Below, one piece after another: positions 53,526 through 64,000 of a stretch of DNA of 64,000 bases. Origin of the DNA: Tubulanus polymorphus (lineage: Eukaryota > Animalia > Nemertea); assembly GCF_964204645.1 (NCBI RefSeq), contig NC_134025.1, forward strand, positions 16,157,101 through 16,221,100, in the 5' to 3' direction. The translations under genes were made by a program, and so were the position numbers. How positions within the stretch are numbered: position 1 is the stretch's first letter; each line of letters starts with the position of its first letter. The notes beneath the pieces were generated by a model, which worked only from the letters and a program-made list of their open reading frames with translations, made no database searches and had not been told where the DNA came from.

Positions 53526-54791
53526 TTTACTTTTCAATATTACTTATTAAGATTTCATTCTATAGTTATATAAATTTCTGGAATGAAAAAAATCAAAGTT
53601 TGGAACTTAAAGATGGTGAGTCATCAGCACTTCTCCTTTGCAATGAAGGATTCAATCCGATGTTGATTCTACTTGCTCAAAGGGCACAGTCCAATTAATA
53701 AAATATCATGTCATACTTTTTCTATGAAGTATTATGTTCACAAATTATAAATATGCTACTGATTATCATTTCATTCATTTCCTGAAATACTAATATATTG
53801 GCAATTTCAGGACATGCTCACTGTTATCTAGATGTGTGCAGGTGCATGTTCCTGACATCATCTCCGTTGAAAGCTTACTGTTTACAGTTTCTACTCATTT
53901 CAAAGGGCTTTTTTGATGATTTTTTAAATTAATGAATTCTAATGTATCGTAAATATGTTGGTGCCATCGTATATGATATGATAAACATATATGTTAGTGG
54001 GTGCACCATATAGCCGTGATATTAGAGGGAACAAATTATGGCATATCAATTGTACATATGGGCTAGAGAGCGCACATCTGCTTAGGTTTATCGCCGAGAT
54101 ACCGTGAAAAAAGCAACAGTGGGTTTGGTGAACTACGTAAACAAAGTGAAGAATAAATGAACGATTTATTTGTAAGGCTAATTAGTAATTTTTTTTGATC
54201 AATAACATCTCAAGTAATTATTCCTGTAGGAAGTAAGCATTGTGTTGATCAATCACGAAAAAATACAATTCATTGGTCATGTGCCCAAAAGCAAAAGCAA
54301 GAGCTTCGATGGGCAGCAATCAAACCCAGGCAAATATGGCGCCAGAGAGGTGATCCGATGTTTATTGGACAGTGTCTATCATCGAGAGGATTTCCGAGGT
54401 TGCGAATTCTCAATCGAATATCAAATCAAAGGTATAATATGAACTGGGGTTTTCTTTTCAATATTCTTATCATGCTTTCCTCACATTGATTTCATTCGAA
54501 CAAAACTTTTTGAAAAAATCGCTCAATAACATCGATCAATAATATAGCTTTTTGATCAAAGAATTTTTTTGTCAGAACGAAAACTTTTCCGATCAAACAA
54601 AAGTATATTGTTCGATCAAACAGAATTGTTATCATTGGAACAAAATTTTCTTGTCGGAACATAAAGGTTTTCGTTCGAACAAGTATATTGTTCGATCGAA
54701 GAAAAATTATCGTGGAACTAAAAAGTCATTTACTTATAATGAGTATTTTTCATTCAAAAAAAAATAATCTCACTTGAACGATTGAGTTATC

Positions 54792-55330
54792 TTATGAACC
54801 TGGGTTTTCATTGTATCCAATATCCATATTATGCCTTTTCACGTTGAAGCTCATCTTCCATGTTTCTGACCATGTACGGGACACAGCTAGTTGAGGTCGC
54901 TTTGGAAATTTACTCGGTCCTGTACATTTCGGGTTACTTAGTAAATCATTTATCAGGACAGTGAAGAGAAGAAAACTTAGGATACTAGCTCGCATGACTC
55001 CACTTGTTAGATCTACTTATTTCCAAGATGAGACAGTACCGTTGATTTCTGCCACCCGTTTTTGATCGGAGAAAACTGCTGAGCCCATTTAAGTGACCCA
55101 TCATTGATACCGTTTCCTAATAGATCGTTAGTAATCGCTGATCACCTGAGTACCTAATCAAATGCTTTTTCGAAATTCATAAAGACTATAAGGCCTCACA
55201 GTCGATTTTCTGGAGTCAAATAACCATCTGGTCGAGTTAACCATGGTTTCAAGTAGGCCCAATTGACTGTTGGTAGACCTTCCTTTTGTAAAACCGTCTT
55301 GACCGTTGAACAGGATACCCTTCATTTTCA
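54792..55330 (-). mobile_element. Degraded LINE RT fragment
   Basis: FEKAFD-like motif, then LLFTVLINDL and WSETWKMSFNV. Confidence 0.55.
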
Positions 55331-57143
55331 ATAGCATGGTTCGGCTGTGTCAGCATACACGCGATCGTGGTCGACACAGTATCCAGACATTGAACAAGAA
55401 TACGAACAAGGCTGTGCAGAAAACCTGTTATCGCTGCTTTGCAGCTATATTTTCATATAATTATTTCCTGGGTTGTTAAAAGAAAATGAAGAAAGAAAAG
55501 TGACACAAATGTTATTCATGAACGTAGAAAAATAACAGTTTATATGGTTACGATGTAAATGGATGTAGTAATATGTCTGGTTAAGGGTTTGTTTGATTGA
55601 AGGTCAAAGTTTGAAAGGGAATGTAGAGAAAATAGTTAAATGTGTATGAAAGTAGGTGTATGCAGTGTGCACCAGGCGAAAGGATTAGATTGCAAGGTGG
55701 GAGTTTGACTTATAACGTTGTTTTCATTTCCCGGAATACATAAAACCCGGAATTAAATCATAAAACCTGGAATCTTAAGTAAAGACAAGTAATCATAAAT
55801 AAAACCTGGACCTGCGCGTGTTGCCAGTGCTGTTTGAGGTGTGGGACAGCATTCAAAGGGCGGGGTTTTGAACGTCGCCGAATCACCGAATTCAGCTGAA
55901 ATTCAGTTGGATACAATGATTAATTTGATTTATTAAATTTACTGGCGAGACATTTTTACCACTATAATGATGTTACTTCACAGTGCGTATTAAAGCACAT
56001 TGGTAAATTGATCCTCCACGGTATAGATTTCGTTTATCTGTTACTTGTAAGGACTAATATATCATATCCATGTATAAATATTAGTTTGCCCACAGAGTCC
56101 GATCTAAGGAATAAGAGCCAAATGCACGGAGGCAAGCATATCTGAAATTTTGCTTGCCCCCTCCAAAAGCTACTTGCCCTTCTTCACAGGCAGTCAGATT
56201 GGTGGCACTATCATCCATTGTATCTAGTGGGAAAAAAGCTTTGTGACATGAAATTGCACTAGCCCCGGAGAAAATAATTGTCCCGCGCAATCGGGGACAA
56301 GTGCTTCGATCGGACCCTGTGGCCATGCGACGGCCCAATTGGGCCATGTCCAGCCAGGAGAATCTTCCTTTACTTTAGGAATTTAGTCTTTTATAAATCA
56401 AGAAATCACTTAGACTGGACAAATGATCATTAAAGCAGCAAAACAACATTATCTAACCTCGTATCTAGTTTAAAAAGTCAATCGTCCTTTCATCTCAATT
56501 CAAGGAAATTCATATTTTGTATTTATTTTGCCTTCATTTGGAACGGCATGGGTTCCATGTTTTATTTTACGATTACAGGTCTTAACTCCAGGTTTTATGA
56601 TTCCATTCCATGTTTTATGTATTCCGAGGAATGAAAACAAGACTTATAAGGGATGGTTAGCTTACTCCAGGAGGATTAGAATGGAAGTAGCAGGGATTGA
56701 ACATACTAATTAGGGTAAGGTTAGAAGCGGGTGAGGTCATGGTTTAGGAATGTAAAAAATGTACAAATTGGTCGTTTTTGGGTAAGAGAGGGAGGGAGAG
56801 AAAGAATGTAACCATAGGCAGAAAAAAAAGAAACAGTGTGGTCATATAAGAAGACTTGTTATTACTTGTATTTACTTGAAAAGGAAGACCCAAATAAACA
56901 GGTCAGGTCACAGAGGAACCAACTAGAAAGAACATCCAGCGGTACAGCCAGTCACCAACAATGGCGGCGATTGTAGTCCCACGGTGGAAAACTTCATGAC
57001 ACAACAACTGGTGGAGAATTTAGTGGCATAAAAAGTTGTACAGATTCTTGAGTACAATTACAGCAAGAGCACTTGTAAATTAGCGATTATCAATAGACAC
57101 TGTACCGCAAATGTTTAAAAAAAAACTTGAATCAAAAACTTAC

Positions 57144-57210
57144 TGGATAGTTCTCTGTAGTGAGGAGAGCAAAGAGTCTTAAGATTCCGTAACCGACGTG
57201 ATCAAAATTC
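57144..57210 (-). CDS. Two-pore channel (TPC)-like gene exon: domain I pore helix/selectivity filter
   Basis: ttttttcag|g...cca|gtaagt; translates NFDHVGYGILRLFALLTTENYP (TPC pore motif LLTTxNxP); ends in phase 0, compatible with the next exon. Confidence 0.85.
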
Positions 57211-58857
57211 CTGAAAAAAATTCTGTGTATTTGAATAAATGTTGCATTTCATAACGAATAAAGGACGTAACAAAAGAATTATTTTCTTTGATCCAAAACC
57301 GCATATCTTTTCATCTACAAATTCAAGATGGCTACCCTAGCAGTTATATCTGATGGCTGATAATCTCTATTTTCGATAGGGCTGATAGCGAATGTCCCCT
57401 TTGGCATAGAATTATCATAGTGGGATAGGAAGATAATTATCTAAAGACACAAACGAGATCACCCCTTGTATTTGAAATATGGTTATTTTTTATAAATGGC
57501 CATCGGGCCTTTAATGAAAATCAGATGACATCATGCTCATTCCATTTTGATCAATAATTTGGCCGTTTCCAATGTGGCTACCGCCGCCATTATCAGAAAT
57601 CACATAATGAATCATTACTTGGAATCCATATTGAATTTTCAAAAAACACAGAATTTCTTCATTCTTACTATAAAAAGTAACCGTGTTTTTCCACGGGATA
57701 CCCCTTGTTGGACAAGGCAGCGGACGCATGTTACCATTATCGGTACCTGGTAGGCCTATGAGATAATCTTTGCTTAACAAATTAACGATACTTCCAAATT
57801 AGAAAATGAAGAACCTACATAGGCAATCGATACACATTATGCATATTCTTGCTTTGGATTTTAAATGCAACTCGTGCATCTAAATTGTGATTTATGTGTT
57901 GAGAAGAGTTAACTAGAGGACCAAAGGTCCTGTGCTCTCGAGGTAGGTTTTTATAATATCGATGAAAACATGTTACATCGCTCATTCTGCTACTCTTTAA
58001 ATTATGCAGATCTGTTTGCTTTACCGACTGCCCTGGGCACTATGGTGAGACTTGACGCCTCGGACAGTGGCAGGCAGGAACAAATACGTCAGATCAATTT
58101 GTTTTGCTTTAAGCGTTAGAGTGAAATATGGCCGGTTATATGACGATGACGATGCCCACACGAAGACGGGATCGCTACGGACAAGCCATGTCCTGATGAT
58201 GAATGGCGATTCTTATATCCTAAACAATACTAGTTCACCTGTTCGGTGTTTTCTATATGCAAATAAGTATTGCGTAAAATTCATCCGAATATTCATACAC
58301 GTTTTATTCACCAAAATAAGCACAAAAAATTATTCCAAAACATTTCCAAATTAATATTTCTATTTCATACAATATAGATTTAGAATACAACTTTGGCAAG
58401 GAACATGTGTTACTAAACAGTCTATCGACGGGATGGGACTCTGTAACAAATGCGTATAATGAGGAATCTCCAGACGACGACTGTTGCTACGCTAAACGTC
58501 TGCAGTAAATGAATAAAAGCACCCCACATTGCCATACAACTTGGCAATAATTTCAGTCTAACTGTAAAAATTTAAAGCTTTCAAGACCATTGTCTGCCAA
58601 CTTTTCAAATTCAAAGACTCCCACTGACTTTCCCAGCACAAAACAAGGAATTTAAGACCGCTACGGTACCCACCCTTGGTGCAAGGCGCCCGCTCACGCC
58701 AAGTGATGTAGTCATTTGCATATTAATTCACCTTGTAAAATAAATTCATCCGAATGAATTATTGTTAAAATAAGTAATATGAAAAGTGGGGTTTCATACC
58801 AGAGGTCGGAGGTCGAGACACCACTCATCACCACAAGTAATATTTTTTTCCTTATAA

Positions 58858-61800
58858 ATGGGGGAGAATAAAGCAGAACAAATTGATGTTAATGAAAATC
58901 AATATTATTGTACATATTGTAAAAAATACATAGATAAATCTCAAAAATCACGCCATGAAAAATTTAAAAATCATATGAAAAATGTTATAGATTTTGAAAC
59001 TCCAGAAAATTCCAATGAAAGAAAAGAACGATTAGAAAATATGAATGTGGATGAAAGAAAATGTAATGTTTGTAATGAATTTATAATAAAAAGGAATTAT
59101 AAAAGACATCTCGAATCACATAAACACAAACAAAATTTAAGTAATAATGTTTTAGGAATAGATTATTTTGATGATAAACCAACTTCAGAAACTAAATCCA
59201 TTTCAAATAAACCTTATATGGAAAATGTTAGAAATTATATCGATTCACTAGAAATAAAAGATACAATTGAAATTTTAAAAATATTAAGTAGTAAAATTGG
59301 TCCTGCATCTATTATATTTAGATTTTTTAAAGGTACAACAATAGAAGATTATAGTAAATTTATTGAAATCATGGAAAAAATTACTAGATTTGGTACCAGA
59401 TGTTGAATTTCCAAAAATTAGTATCTCTGGGAAAGTAAGTTTTATCAAATCAGAAAATAAAATGGATTATGATATTCAAACACTCTCTGAAAAAATAATT
59501 TCAAAAACGCAAATAAAAGAGAAGTTAGAAAAAATATTTAGTGAATTTAAACGACATATTGAAGAAAGATATTTTGAGGGTTCTGGTTTAACATTGAATG
59601 AAATTATATTTTTAGATTTAAATGTTTATAATACAAAAATGATTAAAACATCAAAAAGTAAAACAATGCCTAAAAATGATTCAAACTTAACAACAGAAGA
59701 GGATATTAAAGGATAGAGTTATATCAAATTACCATTTACAACAAAAGCAGTAATAAATGGTCAAAATGAAGATAATAAATGTTTTCTATGGTCAATTATT
59801 AGTTGCTTACACCCAACAGAAGATATTACACATAGTTTTAGAATAACAGAGTACCAAAAATATGAAACATTATATAAAATTGATCAATATCCAGTAACTA
59901 TAAAAATGATTCCTAAAATAGAAAAAGTTAATAATTTAAAAATAAATGTATTCGAATTAATACAATTACCAAAGACAAAAGGTGAAAATATCAAAGATTA
60001 TACATTAGAAGCTTTATATTTAACAGAATATTATGATGATGAAAATCCTATAGATTTGTTATATTACAAAAAAGATGAAAATGAACATTATATGTGGAAA
60101 ATTGATTTATTCTTAAGAACAGAAAGTGATCATCATCATAAAATTTATCTATGTAGAAAATGTTTATCTAAATTTATGACTGAGAATACATTACTAAAAC
60201 ATAAAGAATTATGTGATAATAAAGATTTTTGCAAATTAATAACGCCAACAGAAAAAGATTATAAATTGAAATTTACTAATTATAAATTTAAAAATAGAGT
60301 GCCGTTTGTAATTTATGGGGATTTTGAATCGTTGAATAAAGAATTAACTGATCAAGATAGAAAAGAAATATATAATAAAAAGCAAATTTTAAAAGCAAAG
60401 GATATAGGAAATGAATTAAATGAAGATATAATTCAAGATCAACCAATTATAAACACAATTAAAAAAGTTCATCAAAGAGCTGCTGCTTATGGAATTTATA
60501 TAAAATCAAATTATCCTGAATTATATGTAAATCAACATATTTCTTTTAGAGGTGAAGATGTAGATAATAATTTTTGTAACAAAATAATTAAATTAGAAAG
60601 TGATTTTGCAAAATGATTAAACGAAAATTAAAAAAAATAGTTATAACAAAAGAAGATGAAATTGATTTTAAATGTGCAACTCATTGTTATTACTGTGAAA
60701 AACGTTTTCATTCATTTGATAAAAAAGCTAGAGATCATGATCATTTAAATTCAAAATATCGTGGAGCTGCTCATGAAGATTGTAATTTACAAGCGAAGAA
60801 AGTTAATTTCGTACCAATATTATTTCATAATTTATCGGGCTATGATACCCATCTATTTATAAAACAATTATCAGGAAAATTGGGCACAATTAATCAAGAA
60901 ATAGAAGAATATAATGCTATAAATGGTGCAAATTTAAGAAAATATGATTTTAAACTATTGGCTAAATCATCTGAAAATTATATTTCATTTCAATTTGGTT
61001 GCATGAGATTTTTAGATTCTTATAGATTTCTAGCAAGTTCATTAGATAATTTAGCAAAAAGTTTAGTTGATAATGATTTTATAATAACTCGATATTATTA
61101 CCCAAATGAACAAGATTTTAAATTATTGAGATTTAAAGGTGCAATTCCTTAATCATTTTATAAAACACATGATGATTTTAATGTAACAGAATTATCAAAA
61201 GATCAATTTTATGATCAATTAAAAGAGGAGTATGTGAAAGATGAAGTATTTATTAGAACATTAAATATTTGGAATCACTTTAAGATAAAAAATCATGGTG
61301 AATTAGTAGATTTATACTTAAAATCAGATGTTATGATAACGGCTGATATATTTGAAAAATTTAGAGAAGTTAATTTGAATCATTTTAATGTTGATCCTTG
61401 TTATTGCTTGCTACTCTAGTCCCGGTTTAACCTGGCAATTTGGTTTAAAATATACAAATGTAGAATTGGATTTATTAAAAGAACCAGACATGGTTTTATT
61501 ATTTGAAAAATCAATTAGAGGTGGAATTAGTGGTGTTATGGGAGATAGACATTTTAAAGCAAATGATGAATATAAATTATTATACATTGACGCCAATAAT
61601 TTATATGGTTGGGCAATGATGCAACCTCAACCATATAAAAATTTTATATCAACAGTAGTTGAAAATGATGATAAAACTGATTGGGAAAGCGCAATTATTA
61701 GTTTAAAAGATGAAGCACCAATTGGTTATTTCTTTGTAGTTGATTTGGAATATCCTGATAACATAAAGTTTAAAACAACAAAACTTACCATATTGCCCAG

Positions 61801-63913
61801 AACATTTAACCGTAGATGATAGTTATTTAAGTGAATACCAGAAGAAAATAAATCCGAAAGATCATGTTTTTACAGAAAAATTAATACTTACTAAAATAAT
61901 AAATACAATTATATTGTTCATCATAGAATGTTAAAATTTTATCTAAAACAAGGAATGAAATTAAAGAAAGTACATAGATATATTGAATTTAATCAATCGA
62001 AGTGGTTAGAAAAATATATAGATTTCAATACTCAACAGAGAACAATATCAAAAACAGATTTTGAAAAAGATTTCTTCAAATTAATGAATAATAGTTTTTA
62101 TGGTAAAACATGTGAAAATATTAGAAATAGAAATGATATTGAATTAGTAAATAATTCTGAACGATTGAGACATTTACAATCAAGTCCTAGACATTTAGGA
62201 AATAAAAGATTTGAAGATTATTTAACAGCAGTTAAATTAAAAAGAACGTCAATGAAATTTAATAAACCTATATTCATTGGTTCAACTGATTTAGAAGTAT
62301 CAAAATTATTAATGTATAATTTTAGTTATAATGTTTTACAACCACTTTTTGGGGAAAAGCATATTGAAATATTATATTTTGATTCTGTAACAGCTGACAC
62401 CCCAATATTATTAAAATGTAATAATAATATATTAATTAGAAGAATTTCAGAAATAATTCCAAAACAAAATGAATGTTATATTTCGTATGGTGAAAAAGAA
62501 TTAATACAAATAAATGAATTAATAGATGTTTGGACAAGAAATGGATGGAAAAAATTAAAGAATATTATTAGGCATAAAACAAATAAGAAAATCTATAGAG
62601 TTAGAACTAAATTAGGGTTTGTAGATGTTACAGAAGATCATAGTTTAATTAAACGAAATGGTGATGAAATAAAACCAACTGATATAAAAATTGGAGATGA
62701 ATTATTACATAAAAGATTTTTCCAAAGAATGAATCATATGTCATTTGATGAAATAATTAATAATATTTATAATATAGAACCCGAAACATTAGAAGAAAAA
62801 GAATATTTTATCAAAGGATTTTTTATGGGAGATGGTTCAGCAGGTGTGTATAATTATGTTAGTGGAACTCAATATTGTTGGTATTTATGTAATCAAGATT
62901 TGAAAGTATTAGAAAGAATTAAGAAATTCTGTGAAGAAGTTTATTCACATAAAACATTTAAAATCATAGATGTTATGAAATCATCGCAATGTTATAGAAT
63001 ACACATGAATAATACTAAAGACTAAAGATTTTGCTATGAAATATAACGATGAATTCTATATTCATGCAATAGTTAAAAGTAATACTTCAACTAAAGAAAA
63101 GATAGTTCCAGATTATGTATTAAATGCAAAATATAATTTAAGAAAATGGTTCTTCATTGGATTCTATGCTGCAGATGGCACTAAAAAATTTACAAAACAG
63201 AAAACTATATCTTTAAACCAAAAAGGAAAAGTTGCTATATCAGGATTGAATCTATTATGCAGTTCATTAGGTTTTGATATGAATATTGGATTGATTAAAT
63301 CTAAACCAAATTGCTTTAATTTAAGCCATGTAGAAAAAGAATTAACTGAAGATTAAAGGTTAAGATTTATTCGAAATATATAACCCAACAGACTATGTTT
63401 ATGATTTATCAACAGATGATGGAACATTCAATTCTGGATTCCCATTAATCCTCAAAAATACTGACGCGTACATACTAAAAATCAAGACAAATGACATAAC
63501 AAAAGACTTAAAAACATTAAAACTTCATTTTGATTTTAGCATTTATCCCAAAGATCATGAACTATTTAGCAATGATAATACAAAGATTCCTGGTAAGTTT
63601 AAAGATGAATTAGGGGGCGATGAAATGATTGAATTTGTTGGGATAAGAAGTAAAATGTATAGTTATAGAACAAAAGATCATGAAGCTAAAAAATTATAAG
63701 GAATAACAAAACATGTGGTTGATAAACAGATAGAATTTCAAGATTATATTAAGTGTTTATAACTCAATTGTAATGAAACACAAAATGAATTGTTTAAGAT
63801 CAGAAGATCATGAGAGGTACATTAATGAAGTTGAAAAAACTAGTTTGAATCCATTTGATGATAAAAGGTGTATTTCAGATGATGGTATAAAAACATTACC
63901 TTATGGTTATTAA
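58858..63913 (+). pseudogene. Polinton/adintovirus-type protein-primed DNA polymerase B (pPolB) polyprotein gene, disrupted and intein-containing
   Basis: Intronless, very AT-rich. In order: two C2H2 fingers, vOTU-like region (NEDNKCFLWSII...EHY), ExoI FVIYGDFES, EndoVII/HNH-like insert CYYC...RDHDHLNSKYRGAAHEDCNL, ExoII FHNLSGYD, ExoIII YLKSDV, motif A LYIDANNLYGWAM, motif B KLMNNSFYGKT, motif C YFD|TDA, GKFKDE, RSKMYS, C-terminal DDKR...TLPYGY*. Multiple stops and frameshifts. Confidence 0.92.
62384..63459 (+). mobile_element. Intein with LAGLIDADG homing endonuclease inserted in pPolB motif C
   Basis: Starts SVTADTP (block A) after YFD; block B VDVTEDHSL; LAGLIDADG motifs FIKGFFMGDGS and FFIGFYAADGT; block F DYVYDLSTDDGTF; block G LILKN followed by +1 Thr (TDAY). 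Two frameshift regions (~63014-63027, ~63354-63363). Confidence 0.92.
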
Positions 63914-64000
63914 AATGGATCAATATCATCAAACTCGAAATCACTATTGGTTTCTTCTTTTTCATTTAATTGTTCTTGTATAATTTGTTTAGGTTCTTCC
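63910..64000 (-). CDS. 3' end of a convergent ORF of the virus-like element (runs off window)
   Basis: Open frame EEPKQIIQEQLNEKEETNSDFEFDDIDPF*; its stop overlaps the pol stop codon (shared TTAA). Confidence 0.55.
   Translation of the reverse strand, partial: EEPKQIIQEQLNEKEETNSDFEFDDIDPF

Noticed and set aside
57345-57440. Possible S5-pore loop exon (IIIFLSHYD...)
   Set aside because: Open and preceded by an acceptor, but the visible donor phase does not match the 57210 exon; unsupported
58858-63913. Eight separate genes as in the ORF track, or an alternative genetic code
   Set aside because: Fragments are collinear parts of one pPolB; breaks include frameshifts and different stop codons, consistent with decay

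Overview
This is AT-rich animal genomic DNA, probably from an invertebrate, with GT-AG introns and many transposons. A minus-strand two-pore-channel (TPC)-like host gene is spread over more than 55 kb. Five exons are recognisable: the pore-1 filter TTENYP, S6, two EF-hands and domain-II S2-S5. Its introns contain an internally deleted ISL2EU-type element (THAP-transposase plus SWIM/YqaJ gene, AT TSD), a full-length but decayed Kolobok element (THAP-DDE transposase plus KolX/P2X7-ballast-like gene, TTAA TSD), hAT, Gypsy and LINE remnants, piggyBac/pogo/Harbinger-type MITEs, Helentron-like (HINE) repeats and a nested OB-fold gene. The last ~5 kb is a very AT-rich, intronless, pseudogenised Polinton/adintovirus-type protein-primed DNA polymerase B gene. 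Its catalytic motif C (YFD|TDA) is interrupted by a ~356-aa intein with a LAGLIDADG homing endonuclease, resembling giant-virus PolB inteins. This intein in an endogenous virus-like element of an animal chromosome is the standout observation. All family assignments are from manual motif recognition; no database searches were run.
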